Shown: in pieces, positions 1-9,856 of the stretch
Position numbering within the stretch: the first letter of the stretch is position 1
Layout: the number at the start of each line of letters is the position of its first letter
Origin: a virus
Lineage: Duplodnaviria; Heunggongvirae; Uroviricota; Caudoviricetes
DNA: 33,770 bases
Direction: 5' to 3' (one strand)
Virus record (IMG/VR): IMGVR_UViG_2724679140_000008
Program-made: the position numbers and the translations under genes
The notes under the pieces: model-generated
What the model was told of the DNA's origin: nothing
Databases searched by the model: none
What the model saw: the letters and a program-made list of their open reading frames with translations, nothing else

Positions 1-1626
1 CACGCCGTCGGTGACGGACTGGACCTCCACGCTGACCGGATTACCCTCACCGTCAACCAGGCTTATCAGCGTGGTGCCGGAGGATGGCAGCGTGATTTCA
101 CGGTCGAGCGTCAGCGTCCGGGTCTGGCTGTTCACCGCCAGCACGCGACCACCGATGCTGATACCGGCATAGTCATCATCGCAGATTTCAATAACATCGC
201 CCGGCACATGGCGAAGCCCTTCTGCGCCCACGCTGAAATCCACGGTCTGCGTTTCCAGCAGTTCCGTTTTAATCAGCCACAGCCCGGCTCGGTGTGCCTG
301 CCCCCGACTGGTACAGCCAAAGGCATCCATCTTCGTGACATTACGACCGTAACGGGCAATGGCCTGCGTATCTTCAACAAGCTCTGTCGCCGTCTCCCAG
401 CCGTTGTTCGGGTCAATCCAGTTCACCTCAACGGCATTATGGCGGTCCTTCAGGGCGCTGAAGCTGTAGCGGAACGGCGCGCCATCATCCGGCATCACCA
501 CATTACTGCGGTTATAGGTCCACACCTTATCCGACTGTCGGTCCTGCACGAACGTCAGCGTCTGCCCGTTCCATACCGGCATACAGCGCATCGCCGAGCA
601 GAAATCACTGAGCACATCCCACGCCTTGCGCTGTGTGGTCAGGTAAGCGTTACAGGTGATGCGCGGCTCCGTGCCGCCAAAGCCGTCCGGCACCGACTGG
701 TCGCAATTCTGGCCGATGACATACAGCGCCCATTTATCCACATCCGCCGCACCAAGACGTTTCCCCATGCCGTAGCGCGGATGGGTCAGCATATCCCACA
801 GACACCAGGCCATGTTGTTGCTGTATGCCGGTTTTAACGTTCCGTCCCAGATACCGCTGTATTGCCGCGTCTGCGGGTTATAGTTCGACGGCACCTGCAG
901 AATGCGCCCGCGAAGATGATAATTACGGCTCACCTGCTGGCTGCCGAACTGCTCCGAGTCCACCTGCACGCCAACCAGTGCCGTGTTCGGGTAGCACTGT
1001 TTCACATCGATGATTTCGGTGTATGACGACCAGAGCGTTTTGTTCTGCAGCTGGTCTGTGGTGCTGTCCGGCGTCATCCTGCGCATCCGGATATTAAACG
1101 GGCGCGGCGGCAGGTTATCCACCACCACCGAGGCCAGATACTGCGAGGTGGTTTTGCCCTTAATGGTGATGTCTTTTTCCGTCACCCAGCCACCGTTACG
1201 CTGTATCTGAACCAGCAGGCGGACTTCCGATGGATTCCTGTCCCCCTTTGAGGTGGTTTCCACCAGTGCCTGCACACCGAAGGTAAAGCGCAGACGGTCG
1301 ATGTTTGCCGACGTGATGGTGCGGGTGATCGGCGTGTCATATTTCACTTCCGTACCCAGCACCGTCTCGGAGCCGGAGGATTCAAATCCCTCCGGCGGTG
1401 TCTGCTCCTGCTCACCTGCCCGGAACACCACCGTGACGCCGGAGATGTTGGTATTCCCCTCAGTGTCCAGCACTGGCGTACTGTTCAGCAGCACGCTTTT
1501 TAATCCATCCACCGGACCTTCAATCGGCCCTTCGCTGATGGCATCGATCACACTCAGCAACTGCGTGGACTTCAGGTTGTCCTTCGCTTCGCGCGGAGTA
1601 TGCCCCTTACTGCTGCCTTTACCCAT
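1..1626 (-). CDS. J: Tail tip / host-specificity protein J, N-terminal 542 codons (3' end of the gene lies beyond the window start)
   Basis: Minus-strand translation from the ATG at 1624-1626 begins MGKGSSKGHTPREAKDNLKSTQLLSVIDAISEGPIEGPVDGL, which I recognise as near-identical to the lambda gpJ N-terminus. The listed plus-strand ORFs in 208-1642 are antisense artefacts. Confidence 0.93.
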   Translation of the reverse strand, partial: MGKGSSKGHTPREAKDNLKSTQLLSVIDAISEGPIEGPVDGLKSVLLNSTPVLDTEGNTNISGVTVVFRAGEQEQTPPEGFESSGSETVLGTEVKYDTPITRTITSANIDRLRFTFGVQALVETTSKGDRNPSEVRLLVQIQRNGGWVTEKDITIKGKTTSQYLASVVVDNLPPRPFNIRMRRMTPDSTTDQLQNKTLWSSYTEIIDVKQCYPNTALVGVQVDSEQFGSQQVSRNYHLRGRILQVPSNYNPQTRQYSGIWDGTLKPAYSNNMAWCLWDMLTHPRYGMGKRLGAADVDKWALYVIGQNCDQSVPDGFGGTEPRITCNAYLTTQRKAWDVLSDFCSAMRCMPVWNGQTLTFVQDRQSDKVWTYNRSNVVMPDDGAPFRYSFSALKDRHNAVEVNWIDPNNGWETATELVEDTQAIARYGRNVTKMDAFGCTSRGQAHRAGLWLIKTELLETQTVDFSVGAEGLRHVPGDVIEICDDDYAGISIGGRVLAVNSQTRTLTLDREITLPSSGTTLISLVDGEGNPVSVEVQSVTDGV

Positions 1627-1686
1627 TCCTAACGCTCCATAAACGACAAAACCGCCCGGAGGCGGTTTCACATAAAACGTTTTTCA

Positions 1687-2334
1687 TCAGCGACCAATCA
1701 CTACAACCTGACCACCATCCCCTTCGTCTGCCGTGCTGATCTCCTGAGAGACCACCCGCGACCCCACGCGCATTTCACCGTACAGAACGGGCAGAACATT
1801 GCCCTGGGCAACCATGTTATCCAGTGAGGAGAAATAGGTGTTCTGTTTGCCGTTATCTGTACTTGCTGCCGTGGGCGTCCTGGCTTTCGGTGCCAGCATC
1901 TGCGCCACTCCGCCCAGGATCATACTGGCCCCTGCCGCATACATGCCCGATACAGCCGCGGCACCCAGCCAGCCCACAGGGTTCCACCATGCCACCGCAA
2001 TCAGCGCCGCCCCCAGCACCACCTGAAACACACCGCCACTTTTAGCTCCCGCCAGACGCGGCACGATGTGGATCACGGCACCATTTGCCAGCGGCTCATT
2101 AAGACGGGCAGACAATTCGGTTTCACCTGCATCACGCCCGGCAATGCGTACCTGGTACCAGCCGTCGCTCAGTTTCTGACGAAACGCCGGGATCTGCATG
2201 GCCAGCGCCCGGATGGCTTCATACCCCGTTTTCACTCGAAGGTCGATGCGGCGGCCAAATCGTTGTAAATCCCCGTAAAGGCAGATGCGTGCCATGCCCG
2301 GTGACGCCAGAGGGAGTGTGTGCGTCGCTGCCAT
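1687..2334 (-). CDS. I: Tail assembly protein I
   Basis: 215 aa; MAATHTLPLASPGMARICLYGDLQRFGRRIDL... and C-terminal ...NTYFSSLDNMVAQGNVLPVLYGEMRVGSRVVSQEISTADEGDGGQVVVIGR match lambda gpI. ATG start, TGA stop. Confidence 0.92.
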   Translation of the reverse strand: MAATHTLPLASPGMARICLYGDLQRFGRRIDLRVKTGYEAIRALAMQIPAFRQKLSDGWYQVRIAGRDAGETELSARLNEPLANGAVIHIVPRLAGAKSGGVFQVVLGAALIAVAWWNPVGWLGAAAVSGMYAAGASMILGGVAQMLAPKARTPTAASTDNGKQNTYFSSLDNMVAQGNVLPVLYGEMRVGSRVVSQEISTADEGDGGQVVVIGR

Positions 2335-2975
2335 TTGTCGGTATACCTCTCTCGTTTGCTCAGTTGTTCAGGAATATGGTGCAGCAGCTCACCGTCGCCG
2401 CAGTAAATGGCGGCATGATTCGGCACCGATGAACCAAAACAGCACAGCAGCACATCGCCCGGTTGTGCTGATGACAACGCCACCTGATACAGCCCTGTGG
2501 CCTCCAGATTATCCAGATAGAGATTCTGACCGTGACGCCACCAGTCATCCCCGCGATGAAAATCCGGCATCTCAATCCCCGCCAGATGATAAGCATCCCG
2601 GAACAGCGTGTAACAGTCCGTCACCCCGTGCTCAAAGCGCCGCCCGGTAAGATGCGGCACACAGCGGAACTTGTGAATCGCCCCCCGGCAGACCAGCCAC
2701 CACGGCAAATCACTCTGCACCTGCAGCCGCCGGTCGGCCTCACTCAGCCAGGGCAGACCACCGGGATGACTGTGGACCAGTGCCACAATCTCACCCTGCA
2801 TCTCTGCCTGCAGCCAGTCCTCCGGAGCCATCCGGAAATAATCCTCCGGCTCACCGGAAATATTCACGCAGGGAAAATATCTTTCCCCCTCCGGCGCTCT
2901 CACCACGAAGCCGCACGACTCCGCTGGCGCACATCGCCGGGCGTGCGCCAGAATCGCTGATTCTGTCTCTGTCAT
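2232..2975 (-). CDS. K: Tail tip assembly protein K (MPN/JAB plus NlpC/P60-type)
   Basis: MTETESAILAHARRCAPAESCGFVV... with HSHPGG motif, lambda gpK-like. Start placed at the ATG a few nt after the L stop; the ORF track extends to a TTG at 3017. Its 3' end overlaps I, as in lambda. Confidence 0.88.
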   Translation of the reverse strand: MTETESAILAHARRCAPAESCGFVVRAPEGERYFPCVNISGEPEDYFRMAPEDWLQAEMQGEIVALVHSHPGGLPWLSEADRRLQVQSDLPWWLVCRGAIHKFRCVPHLTGRRFEHGVTDCYTLFRDAYHLAGIEMPDFHRGDDWWRHGQNLYLDNLEATGLYQVALSSAQPGDVLLCCFGSSVPNHAAIYCGDGELLHHIPEQLSKRERYTDKWQRRTHSLWRHRAWHASAFTGIYNDLAAASTFE

Positions 2976-2979
2976 GGGA

Positions 2980-3678
2980 TTACTGCGACAGTTTGTTAAT
3001 GGAAAGGAAGCCGCCAAAGTTGCCGACGTTATTGCGAAACTTACAGCCGCTCAGGCATTTGCTGCATTTATCCTTCGTGATATCGGACGTCGGCTGGTCA
3101 TATTCATCCGCGACTGCCGGACCGTGATAACCGCACTCATCACCGCGATAGGTCCAGGTGCAGGTGTTGGCCAGCATGATACGTCCCGGAAAAACAGCGC
3201 CGTCCGTTTCCGTCGGCGTGGACAGTACAAAAGAGGCACTCACCGCGCTCAGTTCGCTGCACTGCTCAATGCGCCAGCGGCTGATCACCTCCTGCTCCGG
3301 ATCGGCGTCACTGTTTCCGTTGACGAAGTTCACCGCATCCAGAAAACGGGCGTAAACCTTACGCCGGACCACCGTTCCGCCGACCAGACTCTGCAGATCT
3401 TCCGCCATCCCGGTGACCATGCCGTGCAGGTTAGAAACCGTCAGTGTCGGACGGGCAGCACTGCCCTTGCCGTTCAGTTCAAATCCCGTCCCCTGAATGG
3501 GGTATACCTGATACTGCCGCCCCTGCCAGATAACCGGCTCACCTTTTTCGTTCTGCTCATTACAGAAAAAATAACGTTCACCACCGACCTCTGTCAGATC
3601 GATTTCCCAGAGCACCACCTGGGCTGACTGAGTGAGGCGTGTCGTCTCATGATGTGTTTCCTGTGGAATATCCTGCAT
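2980..3678 (-). CDS. L: Tail tip assembly protein L
   Basis: 232 aa, MQDIPQETHHETTRLTQSAQVVLWEIDLTEVGGERYFFCNEQN..., lambda gpL-like with a C-terminal Cys cluster; AGGAGG-type RBS. Confidence 0.93.
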   Translation of the reverse strand: MQDIPQETHHETTRLTQSAQVVLWEIDLTEVGGERYFFCNEQNEKGEPVIWQGRQYQVYPIQGTGFELNGKGSAARPTLTVSNLHGMVTGMAEDLQSLVGGTVVRRKVYARFLDAVNFVNGNSDADPEQEVISRWRIEQCSELSAVSASFVLSTPTETDGAVFPGRIMLANTCTWTYRGDECGYHGPAVADEYDQPTSDITKDKCSKCLSGCKFRNNVGNFGGFLSINKLSQ

Positions 3679-3687
3679 CAGAGCCTC

Positions 3688-4017
3688 CTATGCCACGACC
3701 TGTTCAAAATCTGCCGTTATGGTTACCCACAGCGCCCCCACGCTTGCCGACCATTTACGACAAACCACCCTGATCGGTTTCCAGTCATAAGGTGGCGTCC
3801 ACTGAAATGCACGGACGCCACCGTGCCGTTCCAGAAAGGCTTTTAAAGATGGGTGGTCACATTTACGAACACGTATCGTCACGCTGTAAGTCGACAACTG
3901 GTTATTCAGTCCCGCCGCACGACGCTGTTCATAACCATCGCCCAGCTTCACTGTCACCACTTTCGGCTCTGATACCACATTCATATCCGGGCGCACTTTC
4001 CAGTGAAACGTCTCCAT
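3688..4017 (-). CDS. M: Minor tail protein M
   Basis: 109 aa, METFHWKVRPDMNVVSEPKVVTVKLGDGYEQRRAAGLNNQ..., lambda gpM-like; its ATG overlaps the H stop. Confidence 0.92.
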   Translation of the reverse strand: METFHWKVRPDMNVVSEPKVVTVKLGDGYEQRRAAGLNNQLSTYSVTIRVRKCDHPSLKAFLERHGGVRAFQWTPPYDWKPIRVVCRKWSASVGALWVTITADFEQVVA

Positions 4018-7000
4018 TACCGATATGCTCCACTTAACCGACCACCATCACGGGCCTGCTGTTGCATAAAGTCCGCTGCCGCTTTTTTCCCGAGGTCATA
4101 AACCGCCTTCAGGGCAGCCGGACCTATCTGCCCGTTCGTGCCATCGTTATTGATCTCGATGTTGTACTGCGGGGAAAACATCGCCATACCTGACCCCCCA
4201 ATATCCGCCACAACCCCCAGCTTACCGTCAGCACCACGACGCAATGGCAGAATGGCTTCAGGTCCCGCTTCCCCCATCACACCCGCGCCTTTTGCAAAAG
4301 CAAAAAACGTCGGACGGTTAACCACCGTGCCACTGTAACGACTCAAATCAGCAGACTGATAAATCCCCCCATTGGCATTCAGGGAAAGGCTGCTGAGATC
4401 AAATCCCAGTACACTGCCAATCCCTTTTATCGATTTCATCATGGTTGCCTGCGCCAGGATTTTCGCCATATCTGACAGCACAGAAGAGGTGAAGGATTTG
4501 AAATTGAGTTTGCCGGTAGTGACAAAAGTTGCCAGGCCATTTCCCATGTTGCTGAAGGCTGACGAGAACACCTGTTCTGCTGTTTCTGCCGTATTATCTG
4601 CATCCACGGTAAAATCCTGAAATGCACGCAGGACTCCGTTTTTCCAGTTACCCTGCACAACTTCAAGCTGTTGCCAGTAACGGCGATTCTCATTCAGTTG
4701 TCGGTTCAGGCTCTCCGTCAGCGCCTGCTCGGCCTTTCTGTAGTCATCCGTGTTATATGTCCCTTTCTGCTCACTATCCCGCCTCAACTGCTCCAGCTGT
4801 TGCTGGTATTTCTGGCGAAGACTCAGTTGTACCTGATATCGCTGTCGCTGCTGATCACCCATACCCACCGTGGCGATATCCAGGTCATGTTGCTGACGCT
4901 GAGCGCGCTCTTCTTCAGCCAGTTGACTGGTCAGCTGAATTGTTTTTTTCTTCAGCTCGTTGAGTGCCGTCTGTTTCTGAAGCTCCTGCTGTTTTACATC
5001 CAGCAGCGTCAGTGCCTGAATCAGTTCATCTTTACGGGCCAGCACACTCTTTTCATCTGCCGTCAGTTTTTTCCCGTCCAGGTCGCTGATGCGCTGCTGC
5101 AGAGCCAGAAGCTGTTTATGCGCTTCTGTCATCCTTTCCGTGGCAGTGCCTGCTGACTGTCTGGCAGCAGCAATCTGTCCTTCCACCTGTGCCTGTTGCT
5201 GACTGTACTGCAGCAATAACCGGGTGGCCTCATCATTACGGGTTTCGCGTGTTTTTTTCTTACCGGATGCCAGGGCTTTCTCGTAACGTTCATTTTCACG
5301 TTGTATCGCCGCATCCCTGACAGCCTGATCGGCGTACTGCATGGCATTAATACGCGCAATTTCACGCTGATGTCGTGCTGCTTCCGTTTCATTCATCCGG
5401 TTCAGTGCAGCATTTTCAGCATTACGGCGTTTCTGTTGCTCCTGATAATTCCGCTCTGCCTGCTCTTTTGCATCCTGCAAATCCTTCTGGCGTTTTTTCT
5501 CCTGAAGATCGTTAAGACGCTGCTGATCGTATTCAACCTGAGAAGATGATGCCGTCCAGGGGAGTCTTTTCGCCCGCGACACTTTCTCCTGTAAAGCGGC
5601 AATCTGTTCATCCAGCGAGTCTTCACGACCAATATTCATGGCCGCATCCCAGAAACGACTCCACAAATCAGACAGATACTTCAGCGTACTGCCAAGCGCA
5701 TTGAGGTTATTATCAATATCCGCAGTACGCCGACCGGTTTCCTCTGCCAGTGCAGACATGGCTATCCGTGCAGCATCACTGGACCGCCCCTGCTCCCCAA
5801 GGACGCGTATCTGCTCAAGCTGAGTGGCAGTAAGAAAATGCAGCTCATTGTCCAGAGCCTTCGCGGCATTTACAGGATCATCCTTCAGCCGCTTAAACTG
5901 ATTTATGGTATCGCTGACCGACTGGCCAACCGATCGCTCCATCTGTGCGGCAACTCTCGCCACCATACCGATATCGTTTCCACGAAATGCACCACTCCCC
6001 ACCACCTGAGCCAGCGCACCGGCTGCAGCATGTTGCGTGATACCATTCCCGGAAATAGCACGACTGAGCGTCCACAGCTGCCCGGCAGTGACTCCGGCAT
6101 AATGCCCCGTCAGCGACAACTGGCGGTTAAATTCTTCCCCCTCCTTCTGACCGTCATACCAGGCTTTACCCAGACCATAGACGGCCGCGGCAATACCGCC
6201 AATAACCCAGCCAAGCATCATGCCTTTCGGTGACATCAGTGTGTCTATCCATCCGGCACGGTTAGCCAGCGTTATCCCGGATCCCCTCAGCGCCCCTAAA
6301 TTGCCGCGGGCCAGTTCACCTATCAGAACGCCTATCTCCTGGCGGGCTGCTGCACTTTTCAGACCCAGCGAATGCGTGGCTTTTCCTGCCTGCTCCATTT
6401 TGCGGATATACACTTCTGCAGCACTGCTTACCCCCAGCTGGGCTGCCTTAGCACGAAGCAACTCAGAAGATGAAAGATTCAGGCGGGTTGCCTGCTCTTT
6501 AAGCTGACGGATAAACGCCACTTTCTGTCGGGTAGCCTCTTCCTCAGCCTGTGTAAGAACACGGGTTTTCGCAGTAACCTCAGAAATCAGCGCCAGATAA
6601 TCCTGCTGACCAATCCCGCCACTGTTTCTGGCCTGTCGGATCTGCTGCTGAATACGCTGTAATTCCTGCAGCCCCGCACTGGCCTGTTTCACACTGTCAA
6701 TCTGACGATAAAACGCAGCAGCCGCTTTATCCTGAGCCTCCGCCAGAGCCATGGCCTGCGCCTGTTCCTCGCGCATTTTCTGACTCAGTGCCTCCATGCG
6801 CTGGCGGGTTTTCTCCACCTCGCGGGCCATGCGTTCATGAGCCTGTGCGTTCTTCTCCACCGTCTGCGTATGGACGGATGCGGCTGTTGCAGCCGAAGAA
6901 GCTGCCTGCGTTGTCTGCCGGGCGGCCTGAGTCTGACGCTCCATAAAACGCTGCATACGGGCAGAAGACCGTTCTGCATCGCTGGCTGCACCATTCAGAA

Positions 7001-7082
7001 GGTTTTTGATACGGGGAATTTCATTTTTAAACTCTGCCGCATCAATCCCCAAATCAATGACCAGGTTGGCTATCTGGTCCAT
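4017..7082 (-). CDS. H: Tail tape measure protein (H-like)
   Basis: About 1021 aa with a long coiled-coil middle and a lambda gpH-like C-terminus (EINNDGTNGQIGPAALKAVYD..., ...DGGRLSGAYR). Start placed at the ATG (MDQIANLVIDLG...) preceded by GGAGGTG; the ORF track extends to a TTG at 7112. Confidence 0.9.
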   Translation of the reverse strand: MDQIANLVIDLGIDAAEFKNEIPRIKNLLNGAASDAERSSARMQRFMERQTQAARQTTQAASSAATAASVHTQTVEKNAQAHERMAREVEKTRQRMEALSQKMREEQAQAMALAEAQDKAAAAFYRQIDSVKQASAGLQELQRIQQQIRQARNSGGIGQQDYLALISEVTAKTRVLTQAEEEATRQKVAFIRQLKEQATRLNLSSSELLRAKAAQLGVSSAAEVYIRKMEQAGKATHSLGLKSAAARQEIGVLIGELARGNLGALRGSGITLANRAGWIDTLMSPKGMMLGWVIGGIAAAVYGLGKAWYDGQKEGEEFNRQLSLTGHYAGVTAGQLWTLSRAISGNGITQHAAAGALAQVVGSGAFRGNDIGMVARVAAQMERSVGQSVSDTINQFKRLKDDPVNAAKALDNELHFLTATQLEQIRVLGEQGRSSDAARIAMSALAEETGRRTADIDNNLNALGSTLKYLSDLWSRFWDAAMNIGREDSLDEQIAALQEKVSRAKRLPWTASSSQVEYDQQRLNDLQEKKRQKDLQDAKEQAERNYQEQQKRRNAENAALNRMNETEAARHQREIARINAMQYADQAVRDAAIQRENERYEKALASGKKKTRETRNDEATRLLLQYSQQQAQVEGQIAAARQSAGTATERMTEAHKQLLALQQRISDLDGKKLTADEKSVLARKDELIQALTLLDVKQQELQKQTALNELKKKTIQLTSQLAEEERAQRQQHDLDIATVGMGDQQRQRYQVQLSLRQKYQQQLEQLRRDSEQKGTYNTDDYRKAEQALTESLNRQLNENRRYWQQLEVVQGNWKNGVLRAFQDFTVDADNTAETAEQVFSSAFSNMGNGLATFVTTGKLNFKSFTSSVLSDMAKILAQATMMKSIKGIGSVLGFDLSSLSLNANGGIYQSADLSRYSGTVVNRPTFFAFAKGAGVMGEAGPEAILPLRRGADGKLGVVADIGGSGMAMFSPQYNIEINNDGTNGQIGPAALKAVYDLGKKAAADFMQQQARDGGRLSGAYR

Positions 7083-7778
7083 AACGCACACCTCCGGAAA
7101 TACCTTCCCCAAGATGCATCAGTTCTTCGTCCGTTCGCTCCGGTATCCCGTTCTCTTCCGGTAAAAGGCTGAAATCAGCCACCGCAGCATCACTGCTGCC
7201 GGACACCATTCTCACGATCAATGCCTTCAGCGAGGCAAACTGCGCATCCATCCACACATCACTGAAGCTCTGCATCCGGAAATAATCACCCCACTCACCA
7301 AGCTCAGTGGCCGACATTTCCGACAGCATCCGCCGCCAGTCTGCCCGCCGGAACTCCCGGGCAAGCCGCATGACAAACTGCATTTCCCGCGTCAGGACTT
7401 TTCCGGCGTCAGCACCTCATGCTCCAAATCCCCGGCATTCTCAATGGCTCCCATACCGCTCAGCGACAGAACCATCTCTGCCCCCGCACCCAGGGCATCA
7501 TACGACCATGTTGTAATAACGGATGCGTAAAGCGTCTCAACATCCTGAGACTGTTCCGCATTCCACAGTGAGCGGGAAACCAGCCAGGCATTGATATCCA
7601 TCCCCATCCGCAGAAAAGCAATCTGTCGTTCAGCCTCCGGCAGTTCTCCCTCCCCGGCATCAAACTTTGCCGTTCGCTGCTGAACAAACGTCAGATATTC
7701 AATTCTCTGCAGCCCGGACAGCTCACTGAGCACCACGGACTGTTTTTCATAATTAAACGTGTCCTGTTTCAGAAACAT
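7054..7778 (-). CDS. Tail assembly chaperone G-T fusion, produced by a -1 programmed frameshift near the end of G
   Basis: The T-frame ORF 7054..7383 is in the -1 frame relative to G (from ORF-track coordinates). The end of G reads ...ACG CCG GAA AAG TCC TGA on the minus strand, with an A-rich run GGAAAAG at the position of lambda's GGGAAAG slip site. Confidence 0.6.
7392..7778 (-). CDS. G: Tail assembly chaperone G
   Basis: MFLKQDTFNYEKQSVVLSELSGLQRIEYL... resembles lambda gpG (MFLKTESFEHNGVTVTLSELSALQRIEHL). Start at the second of two tandem ATGs after GGAG; the ORF track extends to 7820. Confidence 0.85.
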   Translation of the reverse strand: MFLKQDTFNYEKQSVVLSELSGLQRIEYLTFVQQRTAKFDAGEGELPEAERQIAFLRMGMDINAWLVSRSLWNAEQSQDVETLYASVITTWSYDALGAGAEMVLSLSGMGAIENAGDLEHEVLTPEKS

Positions 7779-7838
7779 CATGTTCTCCACCTGCAAAAAA
7801 GCCCCGAATAACCGGGGCAAATGATGAGTATCGTCCTG

Positions 7839-8582
7839 TTAACCTGCTGCGCTGACAGTCACCGCAGCCACAGCCACAAAATTCCCGTCAGCGGTCATGC
7901 CCACAATGCTGACACTGCCCTGCTTCACGCCTTTTACCGTGGCCACAAGTCCGTTCAGGGTAACCGTGGCAGTCTGTGGATCTGACGAATGCACACTGAT
8001 CGCTTTGTCACTGGCTCCGTCAGGTTTTACTGTAAAGGTCAGCGTGGTGGTTGCTCCCACTTTTACACTGGCAGACGCCGGTGATACTGTCAGCCCGGTA
8101 ACGCTCACGGTTTCAGTGCCTTCCTCTGCCAGATACGGACGCCCCACACCGCTGATTTTCACAGTGCGGGTCATCACGTCTTTTGAGGCAATGGTTTTAC
8201 CCAGTGAGCTCAGCCAGCCACGGAAAACATCAACAGTGCCGTTGGGATATTTGATACGAAACGCGCAGACTTCACCGGAGTCGAACAACTGAACCAGTTT
8301 TTTCTGCCCGCTGTCACCCGGACGCCAGGCCAGCGTCGCCGAAGTATCACCAACGGATTTCTGCCCCTGGGTTGTCGTTTTCCAGTCTGCATCTTCATCA
8401 TCGAGATAAGTGTCATCTTCTGCATCAGCGGTCATTTCGCCAGGTTGCAGATCCTTCACCATCGCAAGACGCAGCCAGTCAGTGTCCGACAAAGGGTTCG
8501 CAAACGCATCGCCGTTGCCGGTATACATCCAGAACGTCGTCCCCGCACCTTTCGTCTTTGCCAGTGGATTTGGTGTGGTCAT
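7839..8582 (-). CDS. V: Major tail tube protein V with C-terminal Ig-like domain
   Basis: MTTPNPLAKTKGAGTTFWMYTGNGDAFANPLSDTDW... matches lambda gpV; AAGGAGGT RBS upstream of this ATG. The ORF track extends to 8657. Confidence 0.92.
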   Translation of the reverse strand: MTTPNPLAKTKGAGTTFWMYTGNGDAFANPLSDTDWLRLAMVKDLQPGEMTADAEDDTYLDDEDADWKTTTQGQKSVGDTSATLAWRPGDSGQKKLVQLFDSGEVCAFRIKYPNGTVDVFRGWLSSLGKTIASKDVMTRTVKISGVGRPYLAEEGTETVSVTGLTVSPASASVKVGATTTLTFTVKPDGASDKAISVHSSDPQTATVTLNGLVATVKGVKQGSVSIVGMTADGNFVAVAAVTVSAAG

Positions 8583-8592
8583 TACCACCTCC

Positions 8593-8994
8593 TTAATTCG
8601 TGTACGTGATCTGGTACGTGATTTCCGCCATCGCCCAGGTGGCCATCTCATTATCACGTTGATAGTTAAAACCGAGTGGGATCAGGGTGTCGATGAGTCC
8701 GGAAAGTGCCGGTATATCATTCAGGGCAGGGAAAATAGTGCTCTCCATCCACATATCCAGCTCTGAATCCGGTGCCTGTGCCCGGATGAAGACGGCAATA
8801 TGCAGAACAGCCTGCCAGTCATCTTCATCCGTCATTTTTCCGGTGTACTGAGCATCACTCAGCCACACCGCCACGGCAGGCAGTTCCTGCGCATCAATAA
8901 ATGCCGGAAGCCCGTCAAAAAACGTGGCGCTGTCTCCACACTGTTCCCGAAGGCGTGCCAGTACGGCCTGGCGGATTTGTGTATGTCGGTTCAT
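8593..8994 (-). CDS. U: Tail terminator protein U
   Basis: MNRHTQIRQAVLARLREQCGDSATFFDGLPAFIDAQELPAVAVWLSDAQYTG... resembles lambda gpU; ATGA start/stop overlap with Z. Alternative ATG at 9006. Confidence 0.88.
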   Translation of the reverse strand: MNRHTQIRQAVLARLREQCGDSATFFDGLPAFIDAQELPAVAVWLSDAQYTGKMTDEDDWQAVLHIAVFIRAQAPDSELDMWMESTIFPALNDIPALSGLIDTLIPLGFNYQRDNEMATWAMAEITYQITYTN

Positions 8995-9569
8995 CGGGTC
9001 AGCCATAACCTCAGTTGTTGTTTTAGTGCATACCCCAGCTGTTTCGGCATTTCCGCAGCAATGATGTGGTCGCGGGCATCTTCAAATGCCTGTGTCAGCG
9101 GTCCGGACAGCGGGATTTTCACCACATCAATGGGGTAACGATGTTTGCCATCAATACGTCGCATCACATGCCAGCGACCATTCGCCAGTTGCTGAATAAA
9201 CGCATCCCGGAAAAGATATTTACCCACCTTCAGCACACTGCCACGGTACTGCAGTTTTCCACCACGCCGGGCCAGTCTGACCCGGGCTGTCCCCAGCTTA
9301 ATGGCGGGCAGATTGCCCCGGTTAACGCGGATCCTGACCGTCATTTTTCCTGACGGACTGGCTTTAAACACCAGGACACGCTGACGTACCAGTTTCAGGG
9401 GGATCCCTTTCACCTGGTTATCTCCCGCAACGGTATTCCCGGCAACCTGCCGGGTGGCAACCGAGACCGCTTTCTGTGCCACACGGTTTATCGCCCATGC
9501 GCTGGCCTGTGGCACCATACGGGTATCAAGGCTGTTCAGATTGCGGATGGCATTCTCAAGCCCCTTCAT
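8991..9569 (-). CDS. Z: Tail completion protein Z
   Basis: 192 aa, the same length as lambda gpZ, with a similar C-terminus (RWHVMRRIDGKHRYPIDVVKIP...LGYALKQQLRLWL). Confidence 0.88.
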   Translation of the reverse strand: MKGLENAIRNLNSLDTRMVPQASAWAINRVAQKAVSVATRQVAGNTVAGDNQVKGIPLKLVRQRVLVFKASPSGKMTVRIRVNRGNLPAIKLGTARVRLARRGGKLQYRGSVLKVGKYLFRDAFIQQLANGRWHVMRRIDGKHRYPIDVVKIPLSGPLTQAFEDARDHIIAAEMPKQLGYALKQQLRLWLTR

Positions 9570-9580
9570 CCCACACCTCT

Positions 9581-9856
9581 TTACTCAATAAAGATCATTG
9601 GCTTACCGTTAAAACGTTCATGCCGTGTGACCGTCCATTGTTGTCCGTCATAAACAACGCGATCCCCGCGCCGTGGGCGGTATCCCGAAGAAAACACCAC
9701 CAGAGAGACCGCAAGTCCGGACAGAGCATTCAGCTCTGCCAGTGTTTCTCCCGGGATCACAGTCATATCGACATCATTAATCGAGGCTGTCTTTCCCATC
9801 TTTCTGACCGTGATCGCATCCATACGCGCTGCCAGCCGGGAAAAGGGATCAGACAT
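9581..9856 (-). CDS. Head-tail connector protein, FII-like (Gifsy-2-type)
   Basis: 91-aa protein sitting between the head genes and Z, where lambda has FII. Assignment is by position and size; I do not recognise direct sequence similarity to lambda FII. Confidence 0.6.
   Translation of the reverse strand: MSDPFSRLAARMDAITVRKMGKTASINDVDMTVIPGETLAELNALSGLAVSLVVFSSGYRPRRGDRVVYDGQQWTVTRHERFNGKPMIFIE

Noticed and set aside
208-1642. Plus-strand ORFs 208..837, 825..1013, 1010..1210, 1253..1642
   Set aside because: They lie antisense to the clearly homologous J gene and have no homology or start signals; frame artefacts of a GC-rich coding region.
4138-7172. Many short ORFs on both strands inside the tape-measure gene
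   Set aside because: Alternative frames of a 3-kb repetitive coiled-coil gene; Ala/Gln/Arg-rich low-complexity translations.
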